Below are positions 27,901 to 40,800 of a stretch of DNA of 64,000 nt, piece by piece. Each line of letters starts with the position of its first letter. The stretch's first letter is position 1. This DNA is from Haplodiscus bocki (Eukaryota): assembly GCA_965655095.1 (NCBI GenBank), contig OZ296649.1:1178001-1242000 (forward strand). Reading direction: 5' to 3'. Made by a program: the position numbers and the translations under genes. The notes below the pieces were generated by a model. That model was not told the origin of the DNA. It saw only the letters and a program-made list of their open reading frames with translations, and did no database searches.

Positions 27901-30900
27901 ACCTTTAAAAAAAACATCAATATTGAAGTAAATACATTAACCAAGTGTTTTTTTCTACTAATAAAAAATTGAAAGAAATTTTTGTGAATAAAAGCCAACC
28001 TTTAGAAACAATAATTTGAAAACGAAATGTACACGCAAATTTAAATCTGCCGCAAAACAAACTAATTTCAATGTTTCGCTTTATGTGACAAAAACTAATA
28101 ACATTCTCCAAACTCACAAAAAATCAACCAAAGAAACAAGTCATTCTGATACTGCAATCAAGAGACATAGAGATAACGTAAACATTATCAGTTCAGGTAG
28201 AAGTTCACCACAAAAAGCGCAAAACAAGCTCAATTGGTTTTTCTCTGAGATTTAAGGGTACTTCAAGTGGTGTGAAGGGAAACCGAGTTGACGTTTTTTG
28301 AAAACAATATTGAATCACATGATGTTATGATAAAATAAAAAAGGTAGTACAAGATTTTTTTTGCACTTATTTGAAGTTTATGGATGATTGCGTTCTCTTT
28401 GTAATTCATGTGGTCTCAAACGATGAATGCTTATTACAATCAACCGGTCTACGTGATTCCCGTGGCAAAGTTTCAACAACCTGAAGAGATTCTTCCACTT
28501 CATCAACGGAGGCCTCATGACTAACTCTTCAGATTTTTTCAGAGATTGCGGTAAATGGGATAAAACACAATGTCTTGATAAAAGAAAAATATTACTTCAT
28601 CATCCTGGAGGGAATGCAACGTATAGAATACATCAATTTTACATTTTTTCGATTTTTTGACTTCTTGCCGCAAATGAATCTTTACCAGTTTGAAAACACT
28701 CTTTGGCAAACCTTAAAAAACTATCGACCTCTGATCTTTTATATTAGTCGAGCGCATTTTACTTTTTTTGAAAAATTGAAGGAAATTTTGATGAATAAAA
28801 GCCAAAATTCCTCTTAGAAGCAACGGTCTCAAAAGGCCATATGTATGTATGTTTGATTTTTCCGCAAAATAAAATAAATTAAATGTTTCGATTTTTGGGA
28901 AAAAAACTAAAACCTTGTCTACACTCACCAAAACAGCCAATGAGAGAAATTATTCTGATTTTGCATTCAAATGACATAGAGATAACCTATGCATAATTAG
29001 TACCTGTGAAAGTTCACCACAAAGACCTCAAAAGTTAGTTCTATTGATTTTTTTCTGAGCTATGGATTTATTTCAAGTAATTCCAATGAAAATTAAAAGG
29101 ATATTTTTTGAGATAATAAATGAATCACGAGTTATTATGACAAAAAAGGGTGTACCAAAAAATTTTTTCACTAAGTTCAAATGTACAGATAGCTACGTTC
29201 TCTTTGAGATTGATCGGGTTAAATTTAACAAACTGTTTTGTCGTGAAAGGGACTGGACGCAAAAAATGTCAAAATTTTCAGTTACCGTTAGCTTGCTGAA
29301 AACAAACTTTATCATTTTGAAAACATTCACTCGGAACCTTTTTAAAAATCCATTGTTTTTGAAGTTATATATTAACGAGGTGTCTTTCTCTACTAATGAA
29401 AAACTGAACGAAAATTTGGTGAATAAAAGCCAACATTCCGTTCCCTTTAGAAACAATAAACAAAAAGGTAATCTACACGCAAAAATGATTCTGCCTCAAA
29501 ACAAAATAATATCATTGGTTCGATTCATGGAAAGGAACTAATAACTTTATCTAGACTCAAAGAAATAGCCAAAGAGAAAAGTTTCCCTGATTCTTCGTTC
29601 AAAAGACATAGAAATAACATAAACATTATGAGTTCATGTAAAATTTCAGCACAAAGACCGCAAAAAAGATCTCTATTGAAATTAATTTGAGCTTCAGAGA
29701 TGTTTCGGGTGGTGTGGATGTATACTGAATTGATGTTATTTGAAAACTATAACGAGTCACATGATGTTATGACAAAAGAACTAGATGATACAAAAATTTT
29801 TCCGACTAATTTCAAGTCAATGGATGATTATGTTCTCTTTGTAATTGATGTGTTCTAGAACGAAGACTGGTGATTACAAGCAACCGGTCTAGGTGATTCT
29901 TGTGTCAAAAGTTTTAACAGCCTAAGCAGATTCTTGCACTTCACCAACAGACCTCTCATGACTATTTCTTCAACTTTTTTAGGACACTCCCGTAAATAAA
30001 ATAAAACACACAATCATCAGAAAATAAAGCAACTTCTTTATCGTCCTGAAGGGAATGAGACGCATAGAACATAGCAACTTTACTCTTTTTTCAATTTTTG
30101 ATATCTCACCGATAACGAATCTTTACCTGTTTGAATAAACTCACTGGCGAACCTTCGAAAAACTATCAGCATTTCTTTTTATGTAATACTCGAGTGCAAT
30201 CTTCTCTTTTAGAAATGTTAAAGGAAAACTTGATGAAAAAAATGCAAAATTTCCTTTAGAATCAAAAGTTTGAAAAGGCAATATAAAAGCAAAATTGATT
30301 CTCCCGCAAAACAAACTAATTTCATTGCTTCGATTTAAAGGAAAAAACTAAAAACCTCAACTGAACTGGAAAATATAACCAAAAGAGATAATTGATCCTA
30401 ATTTTGCATTCAAAAGACATATAGATAACGTAAACAAAATTAGTCCATGTAGAAGTTCACCACAAAAACCACAAAAGTTATCTCTGATGACCTTTGCCTG
30501 GACTGTACGTTTTTTCCAAGTAATCTGAATGAATAAGATTATGATTTTTTTGGAAAAAGAAATGAATCACGAGATATAATGACAAAAAAAGAAAATTGAG
30601 GTTACAAAAAGAGTCTTTCTCTGAATTCAATCCAGTGGATGATTACGTTCTGTTTGTATTTGATGAGGTCTAGAACGATGACTATTAATTTCGATCAACG
30701 GATCTAAGTGTTCATTTGAAAAAATACAACAACCAGAAGAGATTCAAGAAATTCATTCACAGAGCTCTCATGACCACTTCTCCAACTTTTTCAAAAAGTT
30801 CCGCTAAATAAGATAATGACACTATCACCATAAAAGATATAACAAATTGTTCCTTGTTGTGGAAAGAATGGACGCATGGAATATGTCAAACTAATTTTTT

Positions 30901-31860
30901 TCGATAGCTTGTTGAAAACAATCTACATCAACTTGAAAACATTCACTGACAAACCTATCAGAAATCCATCGTTAGTGAAGTTCATGTTTTCACCAATGCT
31001 TTTTTCTACCAATAAAAACTTGAAGAAATTTTTTAGAATAAACATCAACTATTCGTTCCGTTTGGAAACAAAAGTTTGGAAACGTTACCCACACGCAGAT
31101 TTGATTCTGCTTCAAAACGAAGTAATTTCAATGCTCGATTTATGGGACAAACACTATTAACCTTATATAAACTCAAAAAAAGCCAAAGAAACAAGTCATT
31201 CTGATTTTGCAACCAGAAGAGATGGAGATAACCTAAACAAGATTAATTCATGTAAAAATTCGCTCCACCAGCCCCAAAAATGACCTCTATGGACGTTTCT
31301 CGGGGGTGTAAGCGTCTTTTGACTGGTGTGAAGTAATACTGAAATGACGTTTTTTGAAAACAAAATTGAATCACATGATTTTGCTACAAAAGAAAAATAC
31401 CTATTGCAAAAGTTTTTTCTTTTATTCAAATCAATGGTTAATTACGTTCTCATTGTATTTATTGTAGTCTAGAACAAAGACTGATGAAATGAGCAACCGG
31501 TCTAGGTGCTTCTTGCGGCGAATTTCTAACAACCAGAAGAGATTCATGCACTTCAACATTAGAGCTCTCATGATTAATTCTATACAATTTTGAAGACACT
31601 AATGTAAAGGGAAGAAAACACACTATCATCATAAAAAATAACAAATTCTTCAACGTCTCGAAGTAGATGTGACGAAGAGAAGACAGCATATTTACTATTC
31701 TTCAGTTTTCAATACCTCGCCAGAAACAAATCCTTAACAATTTGAAAACGTTCACTGGCAAACCCTCAAAAAAAACTATCAGCATTTGATTTTACACTTT
31801 ATTCGAGTGCATTTTTCTCTTATTGAAAAATCGAAGCAGTTTTTGATGAGAAAAAGCCAA
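24900..31860 (+). repeat. Diverged layer with a decayed ~3.46-kb repeat and regular alternation of two monomer subfamilies
   Basis: The same ~175-bp deletion appears at ~25760 and ~29220. Landmark pairs 25385/28845, 26020/29476 and 26835/30287 are ~3.45-3.46 kb apart, but the copies differ at many positions. Confidence 0.75.
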
Positions 31861-34800
31861 CAATCACTTTGGAAGCAATAGTTTGAAAAGACAAAATACA
31901 TGCAACGTTGATTCTGCCTCAAAACAAACTAATTCCAATGTTTCGAGTTTTGGGAAAAAAACTAATAACCTTATCTTAAATCACAAAAAAGCCAAAGAAA
32001 CAAGTCTTTCTGACTCTGCAACAAATGACATGGAGAGATAACATAAACATGACTATGTCATGTAAAAGTTTACATGAAAAACGCGAAAACGAGCTCTATT
32101 GACCTTTCTTTGAGCTTTAAGTGTATTTCAAAGTGGTGTGAAAGTATTTTGAGAAGATGTAACTTGAAAAATAGGTGGAATCACATGATTTTTTGGCAAA
32201 AGCAAAATGGATGATTCAAAATTTTTTTCACTATTTTCAAATCTATGGTTGATTAGTTTCTCTTTGTAATTGATGCGGTATAGAACAATGACTGCTAATT
32301 ACGATCAACCGGTCTAGATTAAATTTGTCGCCAATTTTCACAACCAGGAGAGATTCATGCACTTGATCAACGGAAGTCTCATGAATATTTCTTTAGTTTC
32401 TTGAGGAGATTCCGGTAAATAGGATAAAACACAAAATCATCATTAAACATAACAAAATCTTCATCGTCCTGAAGGGAATGCGACGTATAAAAATTGTCAT
32501 TTTTACTATTATTCATTTTCGATATCTGACTGCAAACGAATCTTTACCAGTTTGAAAAAACTCACTGGCAAACCTCAAGAAAACTATCCGCACTTTATTT
32601 TAAATTTTAATCGAGTGCATTTTCCTGCAATTGGAAAATCGAAAGTGTTTTTGGTGAAAAAAAGCGAACATTCCCATCAGAAGCAATGGTTTGAAAAGAC
32701 ATTTTACACGCAAATTTATTTCTGCTGCACAACACACTAATTTCAAAGTTTTGAGTTTTTTGAAAAAACTGAAAACCTTATGATAACTCACAAAGTAGCC
32801 AACGAAACAAATCAATCTGATTTTCCAACAAAAAACATAGAGGTAACATAAACATGATCAGTCCATGTCAAATCTCACCACAAAAACCGCAAAAGTGAGC
32901 TCTATTGACCTTTCTTTGAGCTCTAAGTGTATTTCAAGTGGTTCGAAAGTATATTGAAAAGATGTGACATGCACATGAAAAATAAGAGGAATCAAATGAT
33001 ATTTTGACAAAAGTAAACTGGATGATGCAAAGTTGTTTTTACTATTTTCAAATCTATGGTTGATTAGGTTCTTTTTGTAATTGGTGCGGTCTACATCAAT
33101 GACTGCTGATAACGATCAACCTGTCTAAATTATTCTTGTGGCCAATTTCAGCAACCAGACAATATTCATGCACTTCATCAACCGAGCTCTGTTGACGAGT
33201 TCTTTAGTTCCTTGAAGAGATTCCGGTAAATAGGATAAGACACAATATCATCATTAAACATAACAATATCTTCATCGTCCTGGAAGGAACGCTACGTATA
33301 AAATATGTCAATTTTACTGTTTTTGAAATTTCGACATCTGGCCGCAAACAAATCTTTACAAGTTTGAAAACACAGACTGGCAAACCTTAAAAAAAATATC
33401 GATGTTTGATTTTATATTTTAATCGAGTGCATTTTCTATTGTTGAATAATCGAAGGAAGCTTTGGTGATTGAAAGCCAACATTACCTTTTGAAGCAATGT
33501 TCTGAAAAGGCAATATGTACGTAAATTTGATTCTGCCGCGCAACAAACAGATTTCATTATTTCGAGTAATTGGGAAACAACTAATAACTTCATCTCAACT
33601 CACAAAAACAGCCAAAGAAACAAGTCTTTCTGATTCTGCAACAAATGACATGGAGAGATAACATAAACATGACTATGTCATGTAAAAGTTTACATGAAAA
33701 CCGCGAAAACGAGCTCTATTGACCTTTCTTTGAGCTTTAAGCGTATTTCAAAGTGGTGTGAAAGTATTTTGAGAGGATGTAACTTGAAAAATACGTGGAA
33801 TCACATGATTCTTTGACAAAAGCAAATAGATGATTCAAATTTTTTTTCACTATTTTCAAATCTATGGTTGATTAGTTTCTCTTTGTAATTGATGCGGTCT
33901 AGATTAATGACTGCTAATTACGATCAACCGGTCTAGAATAAATTTGTCGCCAATTTTCACAACCAGAAGAGATTCATGCACTTGACCAACGGAGGTCTCA
34001 TGAAAATTTCTTTAGTTTCTTGAAGAGATTCCGGTAAATAGGATAAAACACAAAATCATCATTAAACATAACAAAATCTTCATCGTCCTGAAGGGAATGC
34101 GACGTATAAAAAATGTCAATTTTACTGTTTTTCAATTTTCGATATCTGGCCGCAAACAAATCTTTACAAGTTTGAAAACATTTACTGGCAAACCTTAAAA
34201 AAATTATCGATCTTTGATTTTATATTTTAATCGAGTGCATTTTCTATTGTTGAATAATCGAAGGAAGCTTTGGTGATTGAATGCCAACATTACCTTTTGA
34301 AGGAACGGTTCGAAAAGGCAATATGTACGTAAATTTGATTCTGCCGCGAAACAAACAGATTTCATTGTTTGGAGTAATTGGAAAACAACTAATAACTTTA
34401 TCTCAACTCACAAAAACAGCCAACGAAATAAGTCCGTCTGATTCTGCTACAAATGACATGGGGATAACATAAACATGACTATTCCATGTAAAGTTCACCA
34501 CAAAAACCTCAAAAGTTAGCTCTAATGACTTTTTCCTGAGCTCTAAGATTTAGTCAGGTAATTTGAATGATTATGGAAAAACGATGTTATTTGAGAAAAG
34601 AAATGAATCAAGTGATATTATGGCAAAAATCGAAAAATAGAGTTCACACGAGAACTCTTTTACTAAAATAAATTTTATGGATGATCACGTTCCCTTCGTA
34701 ATTAATCTGGTCTAGAACGATGAACGTTAATTAAATTAACCGATCTAGGTAATCCTTGGGAAAATTTACAAGAACCAAAAGAGGTTCATGTATTTCTTTC

Positions 34801-37800
34801 ACAGAGCATCCATGACTATTTGTCGAACTGCTTGAAAAAAATTCCGTGGAATATGATAGAAACACTATCACTAAAAAAATTAACAATTTGTGTTTCGTCG
34901 TGAAATAGAATGGGCGCATAGAATATGTCAAACCTAATATTTTTCGATAGCTTGATGAAAACAACCTATATCCTTCTGAAAATATTCGCTGCCAAACTCT
35001 TAAAAATTCATCATTTTTGAAGTTTTTTTATTAACTACAGTGCTTTTCTCTACTAATGGAAAACTGAACGAAATTTTTGTGAATAAAAGCCAACATTTAG
35101 AAACAATGGTTTGAAAATAAAATCTACACGCAAATTTGACTCTGCCGCAAAACAAACCAAAATCAATGTTTCGATTTATGGCACAAAAACTAAAAACATT
35201 ATCCAAACTCAAAAAAAATAGCCCAAAGAAACAAGTTGTAATGATACTGCAATCAAGAGACATAGAGATAACATAAACATGAGCAGTCCATGAAAAAGTT
35301 CACCACAAAAACCGCAATAAAAGCTATGTTGAACTTCCTTTGAGCTTTGAGGGTGTTTCATGTGGTGTGAAGGTATACTGAGTTGAGGTTTTTTGAAAAC
35401 TATATTGAATCACATGATGTTATGACAAAATAAAAAAACAATGAAACAAAATTTTTTTCAAATAAATTCAAGCCTATGGATGTTTCCGTTCTCTTTGTAA
35501 TTGATATGGTCTAAAAAGTTGACTGGTGTCTGCAATCAAACGGTTTCGGTGAATCTTGTGGCAAAGTTTTAACAACCTGAAGAAAATCTTGCACTTCATC
35601 AGCAGAGCTCTCAAGACTTATTTTTCGGCAAATTGGAGACAGTGCGAAAAATGGGATAAAACACACTATCGTGATAAAACAAAACAATTTCTTCATCGTC
35701 TTGAGGCAAATGCGACGTATAGAATACAACCATTGTACTTTTTTCATTCTTCGATATCTCACCGAAAACAAATTTTTACCAGTTTGAATACATTCACCGG
35801 CAAACTTTCAAAAAACTGGATTTAATTTCATATATTAGTCGAGTGCATTTTTCTCTTTTAAAAAACAGGAAAGAAAATTTGATTAAAAAAATGCAACGTT
35901 CCCTTTGAAAACAAATGTTTCAAAAAGCAATATACTCGCAAAGTTGATTCTGCTGCGAAACAAACTATTGTCATTGCTTCGCTTTGAGGGAAAAAAGTAA
36001 TAACCTCAATTAGACTCTACGAAACAGCCAAAAAGAAAAATTATTCTAATTTCGCATGCAACAGACATGGAGATAACCTAAACATGATTAGTTCAAGTAG
36101 AAGATCTCCATATAAATCTCAAAAGTTAGCTCTAATGTCCTTTGTCTGAGATCTAAGGTAATTTCGAACAATTTGAAGGAAGAGCGAAATAATATTATTT
36201 GAAATAAGAAATAAATCAAGTGAAATTATGATAAAAAAATCAAAAATAGAGTTCGCACGAAAATTCTTTTACTAAACTTAATTTTTGTGAATGATTACCT
36301 TCTCTTTGTTTTTGATGTTGTCTAGAATGAAGACTGGTAATCACAATCAACCGATCTAGCTGTTCCCCGTGAAAAAGCACAACCACTACAAGAGATTCAA
36401 GAAATTCATTCACAGAGCTCTCACGACTATTCCTCCAATTTTTTGAATAATATTCCGCTAAGATAAAGACACTATCACCATAAAAGTTAACAAACTTTTT
36501 TGTCGTGAAGGACAATGGACGCATAGAATATGTCAAAATTAATGTTCTTCGATATCTCGCTGAAAACAATCTTTACCTTTTTGAAAACAATCACCGGCAA
36601 ATCTTTAGGAAAGTCATCACTATTGAAGTTTATATATTAACCAAGTGCCCTTTTCTGTTAATGAGAAATTGAATGAAATTTTGGTGAACAAAAGCCAACA
36701 TTCCAATACTTTTACAAATAAGAGTCTGAAAAAATATTCTACACGCAAATTGGATTCTGCCGCAAAACAAATAATTTTCATTGTTTCGATTTTTGGGAAA
36801 AATCTAATAACCTTACCTAAACTCAAAAAAAGCCAAAGAAACCAGTCCTTCTGATTCTGCAACAAATGACATGGAGAGATAACATAAACATGACTATGTC
36901 ATGTAAAAGTTTACATGAAAACCGCGAAAACGAGCTCTATTGACCTTTCTTTGAGCTTTAAGCGTATTTCAAAGTGGTGTGAAAGTATTTTGAGAGGATG
37001 TAACTTGAAAAATACGTGGAATCACATGATTCTTTGACAAAAGCAAATAGATGATTCAAATTTTTTTTCACTATTTTCAAATCTATGGTTGATTAGTTTC
37101 TCTTTGTAATTGATGCGGTCTAGATTAATGACTGCTAATTACGATCAACCGGTCTAGAATAAATTTGTCGCCAATTTTCACAACCAGCAGAGATTCATGC
37201 ACTTGATCAACGGAAGTCTCATGAATATTTCTTTAGTTTCTTGAGGAGATTCCGGTAAATAGGATAAAACACAAAATCATCATTAAACATAACAAAATCT
37301 TCATCGTCCTGAAGGGAATGCGACGTATAAAAAATGTCATTTTTACTATTATTCATTTTCGATATCTGACTGCAAACGAATCTTTACCAGTTTGAAAAAA
37401 CTCACTGGCAAACCTCAAGAAAACTATCCGCACTTTATTTTAAATTTTAATCGAGTGCATTTTCCTGCAATTGGAAAATCGAAAGTGTTTTTGGTGAAAA
37501 AAAGCGAACATTCCCATCAGAAGCAATGGTTTGAAAAGACATTTTACACGCAAATTTATTTCTGCTGCACAACACACTAATTTCAAAGTTTTGAGTTTTT
37601 TGAAAAAACTGAAAACCTTATGATAACTCACAAAGTAGCCAACGAAACAAATCAATCTGATTTTCCAACAAAAGACATAGAGGTAACATAAACATGATCA
37701 GTCCATGTAAAATCTCGCCACAAAAACCGCAAAAGTGAGCTCTCTTGACCTTTCTTTGAGCTCTAAGTGTATTTCAAGTGGTGCGAAAGTATATTGAAAA

Positions 37801-40800
37801 GATGTTACATGCACATGAAAAACAAGAGGAATCAAATGATATTTTGACAAAAGTAAACTGGATGATACAAAGTTTTTTTATACTATTTTCAAATCTATGG
37901 TTGATTAGGTTCTTTTTGTAATTGGTGCGGTCTACATCAATGACTGCTGATAACGATCAACCTGTCTAAATTATTCTTGTGGCCAATTTCAGCAACCAGA
38001 CAATATTCATGCACTTCATCAACCGAGGTCTGTTGACGATTTCTTTAGTTCCTTGAAGAGATTCCGGTAAATAGGATAAGACACAATATCATCATTAAAC
38101 ATAACAATATCTTCATCGTCCTGGAAGGAACGCTACGTACAAAATATGTCAATTTTACTGTTTTTGAAATTTCGATATCTGGCCGCAAACAAATCTTTAC
38201 AAGTTTGAAAACACAGACTGGCAAACCTTAAAAAAATTATCGATGTTTGATTTTATATTTTAATCGAGTGCATTTTCTATTGTTGAATAATCGAAGGAAG
38301 CTTTGGTGATTGAAAGCCAACATTACCTTTTGAAGCAATGTTCTGAAAAGGCAATATGTACGTAAATTTGATTCTGCCGCGCAACAAACAGATTTCATTA
38401 TTTCGAGTAATTGGGAAACAACTAATAACTTCATCTCAACTCACAAAAACAGCCAAAGAAACAAGTCTTTCTGATTCTGCAACAAATGACATGGAGAGAT
38501 AACATAAACATGACTATGTCATGTAAAAGTTTACATGAAAACCGCGAAAACGAGCTCTATTGACCTTTCTTTGAGCTTTAAGCGTATTTCAAAGTGGTGT
38601 GAAAGTATTTTGAGAGGATGTAACTTGAAAAATACGTGGAATCACATGATTCTTTGACAAAAGCAAATAGATGATTCAAATTTTTTTTCACTATTTTCAA
38701 ATCTATGGTTGATTAGTTTCTCTTTGTAATTGATGCGGTCTAGATTAATGACTGCTAATTACGATCAACCGGTCTAGAATAAATTTGTCGCCAATTTTCA
38801 CAACCAGAAGAGATTCATGCACTTGACCAACGGAGGTCTCATGAAAATTTCTTTAGTTTCTTGAAGAGATTCCGGTAAATAGGATAAAACACAAAATCAT
38901 CATTAAACATAACAAAATCTTCATCGTCCTGAAGGGAATGCGACGTATAAAAAATGTCAATTTTACTGTTTTTCAATTTTCGATATCTGGCCGCAAACAA
39001 ATCTTTACAAGTTTGAAAACATTTACTGGCAAACCTTAAAAAAATTATCGATCTTTGATTTTATATTTTAATCGAGTGCATTTTCTATTGTTGAATAATC
39101 GAAGGAAGCTTTGGTGATTGAATGCCAACATTACCTTTTGAAGGAACGGTTCGAAAAGGCAATATGTACGTAAATTTGATTCTGCCGCGAAACAAACAGA
39201 TTTCATTGTTTGGAGTAATTGGAAAACAACTAATAACTTTATCTCAACTCACAAAAACAGCCAACGAAATAAGTCCGTCTGATTCTGCTACAAATGACAT
39301 GGGGATAACATAAACATGACTATTCCATGTAAAGTTCACCACAAAAACCTCAAAAGTTAGCTCTAATGACTTTTTCCTGAGCTCTAAGATTTAGTCAGGT
39401 AATTTGAATGATTATGGAAAAACGATGTTATTTGAGAAAAGAAATGAATCAAGTGATATTATGGCAAAAATCGAAAAATAGAGTTCACACGAGAACTCTT
39501 TTACTAAAATAAATTTTATGGATGATCACGTTCCCTTCGTAATTAGTCTGGTCTAGAACGATGAACGTTAATTACAATTAACCGATCTAGGTAATCCTTG
39601 GGAAAATTTACAAGAACCAAAAGAGGTTCATGTATTTCTTTCACAGAGCATCCATGACTATTTGTCGAACTGCTTGAAAAAAATTCCGTGGAATATGATA
39701 GAAACACTATCACTAAAAAAATTAACAATTTGTGTTTCGTCGTGAAATAGAATGGGCGCATAGAATATGTCAAACCTAATATTTTTCGATAGCTTGATGA
39801 AAACAACCTATATCCTTCTGAAAATATTCGCTGCCAAACTCTTAAAAATTCATCATTTTTGAAGTTTTTTTATTAACTACAGTGCTTTTCTCTACTAATG
39901 GAAAACTGAACGAAATTTTTGTGAATAAAAGCCAACATTTAGAAACAATGGTTTGAAAATAAAATCTACACGCAAATTTGACTCTGCCGCAAAACAAACC
40001 AAAATCAATGTTTCGATTTATGGCACAAAAACTAAAAACATTATCCAAACTCAAAAAAAATAGCCCAAAGAAACAAGTTGTAATGATACTGCAATCAAGA
40101 GACATAGAGATAACATAAACATGAGCAGTCCATGAAAAAGTTCACCACAAAAACCGCAATAAAAGCTATGTTGAACTTCCTTTGAGCTTTGAGGGTGTTT
40201 CATGTGGTGTGAAGGTATACTGAGTTGAGGTTTTTTGAAAACTTTATTGAATCACATGATGTTATAACAAAATAAAAAAAAAGATGAAACAAAAATTTTT
40301 TCAAATAATTTCAAGCCTATGGATGTTTCCGTTCTCTTTGTAATTGATATGGTCTAAAAAGTTGACTGGTGTCTGCAATCAAACGGTTTCGGTGAATCTT
40401 GTGGCAAAGTTTTAACAACCTGAAGAAAATCTTGCACTTCATCAGCAGAGCTCTCAAGACTTATTTTTCGGCAAATTGGAGACAGTGCGAAAAATGGGAT
40501 AAAACACACTATCGTGATAAAACAAAACAATTTCTTCATCGTCCTGAGGCAAATGCGACGTATAGAATACAACCATTGTACTTTTTTCATTCTTCGATAT
40601 CTCACCGAAAACAAATTTTTACCAGTTTGAATACATTCACCGGCAAACTTTCAACAAACTGGATTTAATTTCATATATTAGTCGAGTGCATTTTTTTCTT
40701 TTAAAAAACAGGAAAGAAAATTTGATAAATAAAATGCAACGTTCCCTTTGAAAACAAATGTTTCAAAAATCAATATACTCGCAAAGTTGATTCTGCTGCG

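Noticed and set aside
29062-29541. 159-aa plus-strand ORF
   Set aside because: It crosses a deletion junction in a satellite monomer and the frame is not kept in the sister copy near 25.6-26.1 kb.
30660-30712. Helitron or MITE origin suggested by CTAG words (ggtctagaac, gatctagg in consensus)
   Set aside because: No GC-rich subterminal hairpin, terminal inverted repeats or target-site duplications were seen, and CTAG alone is uninformative.
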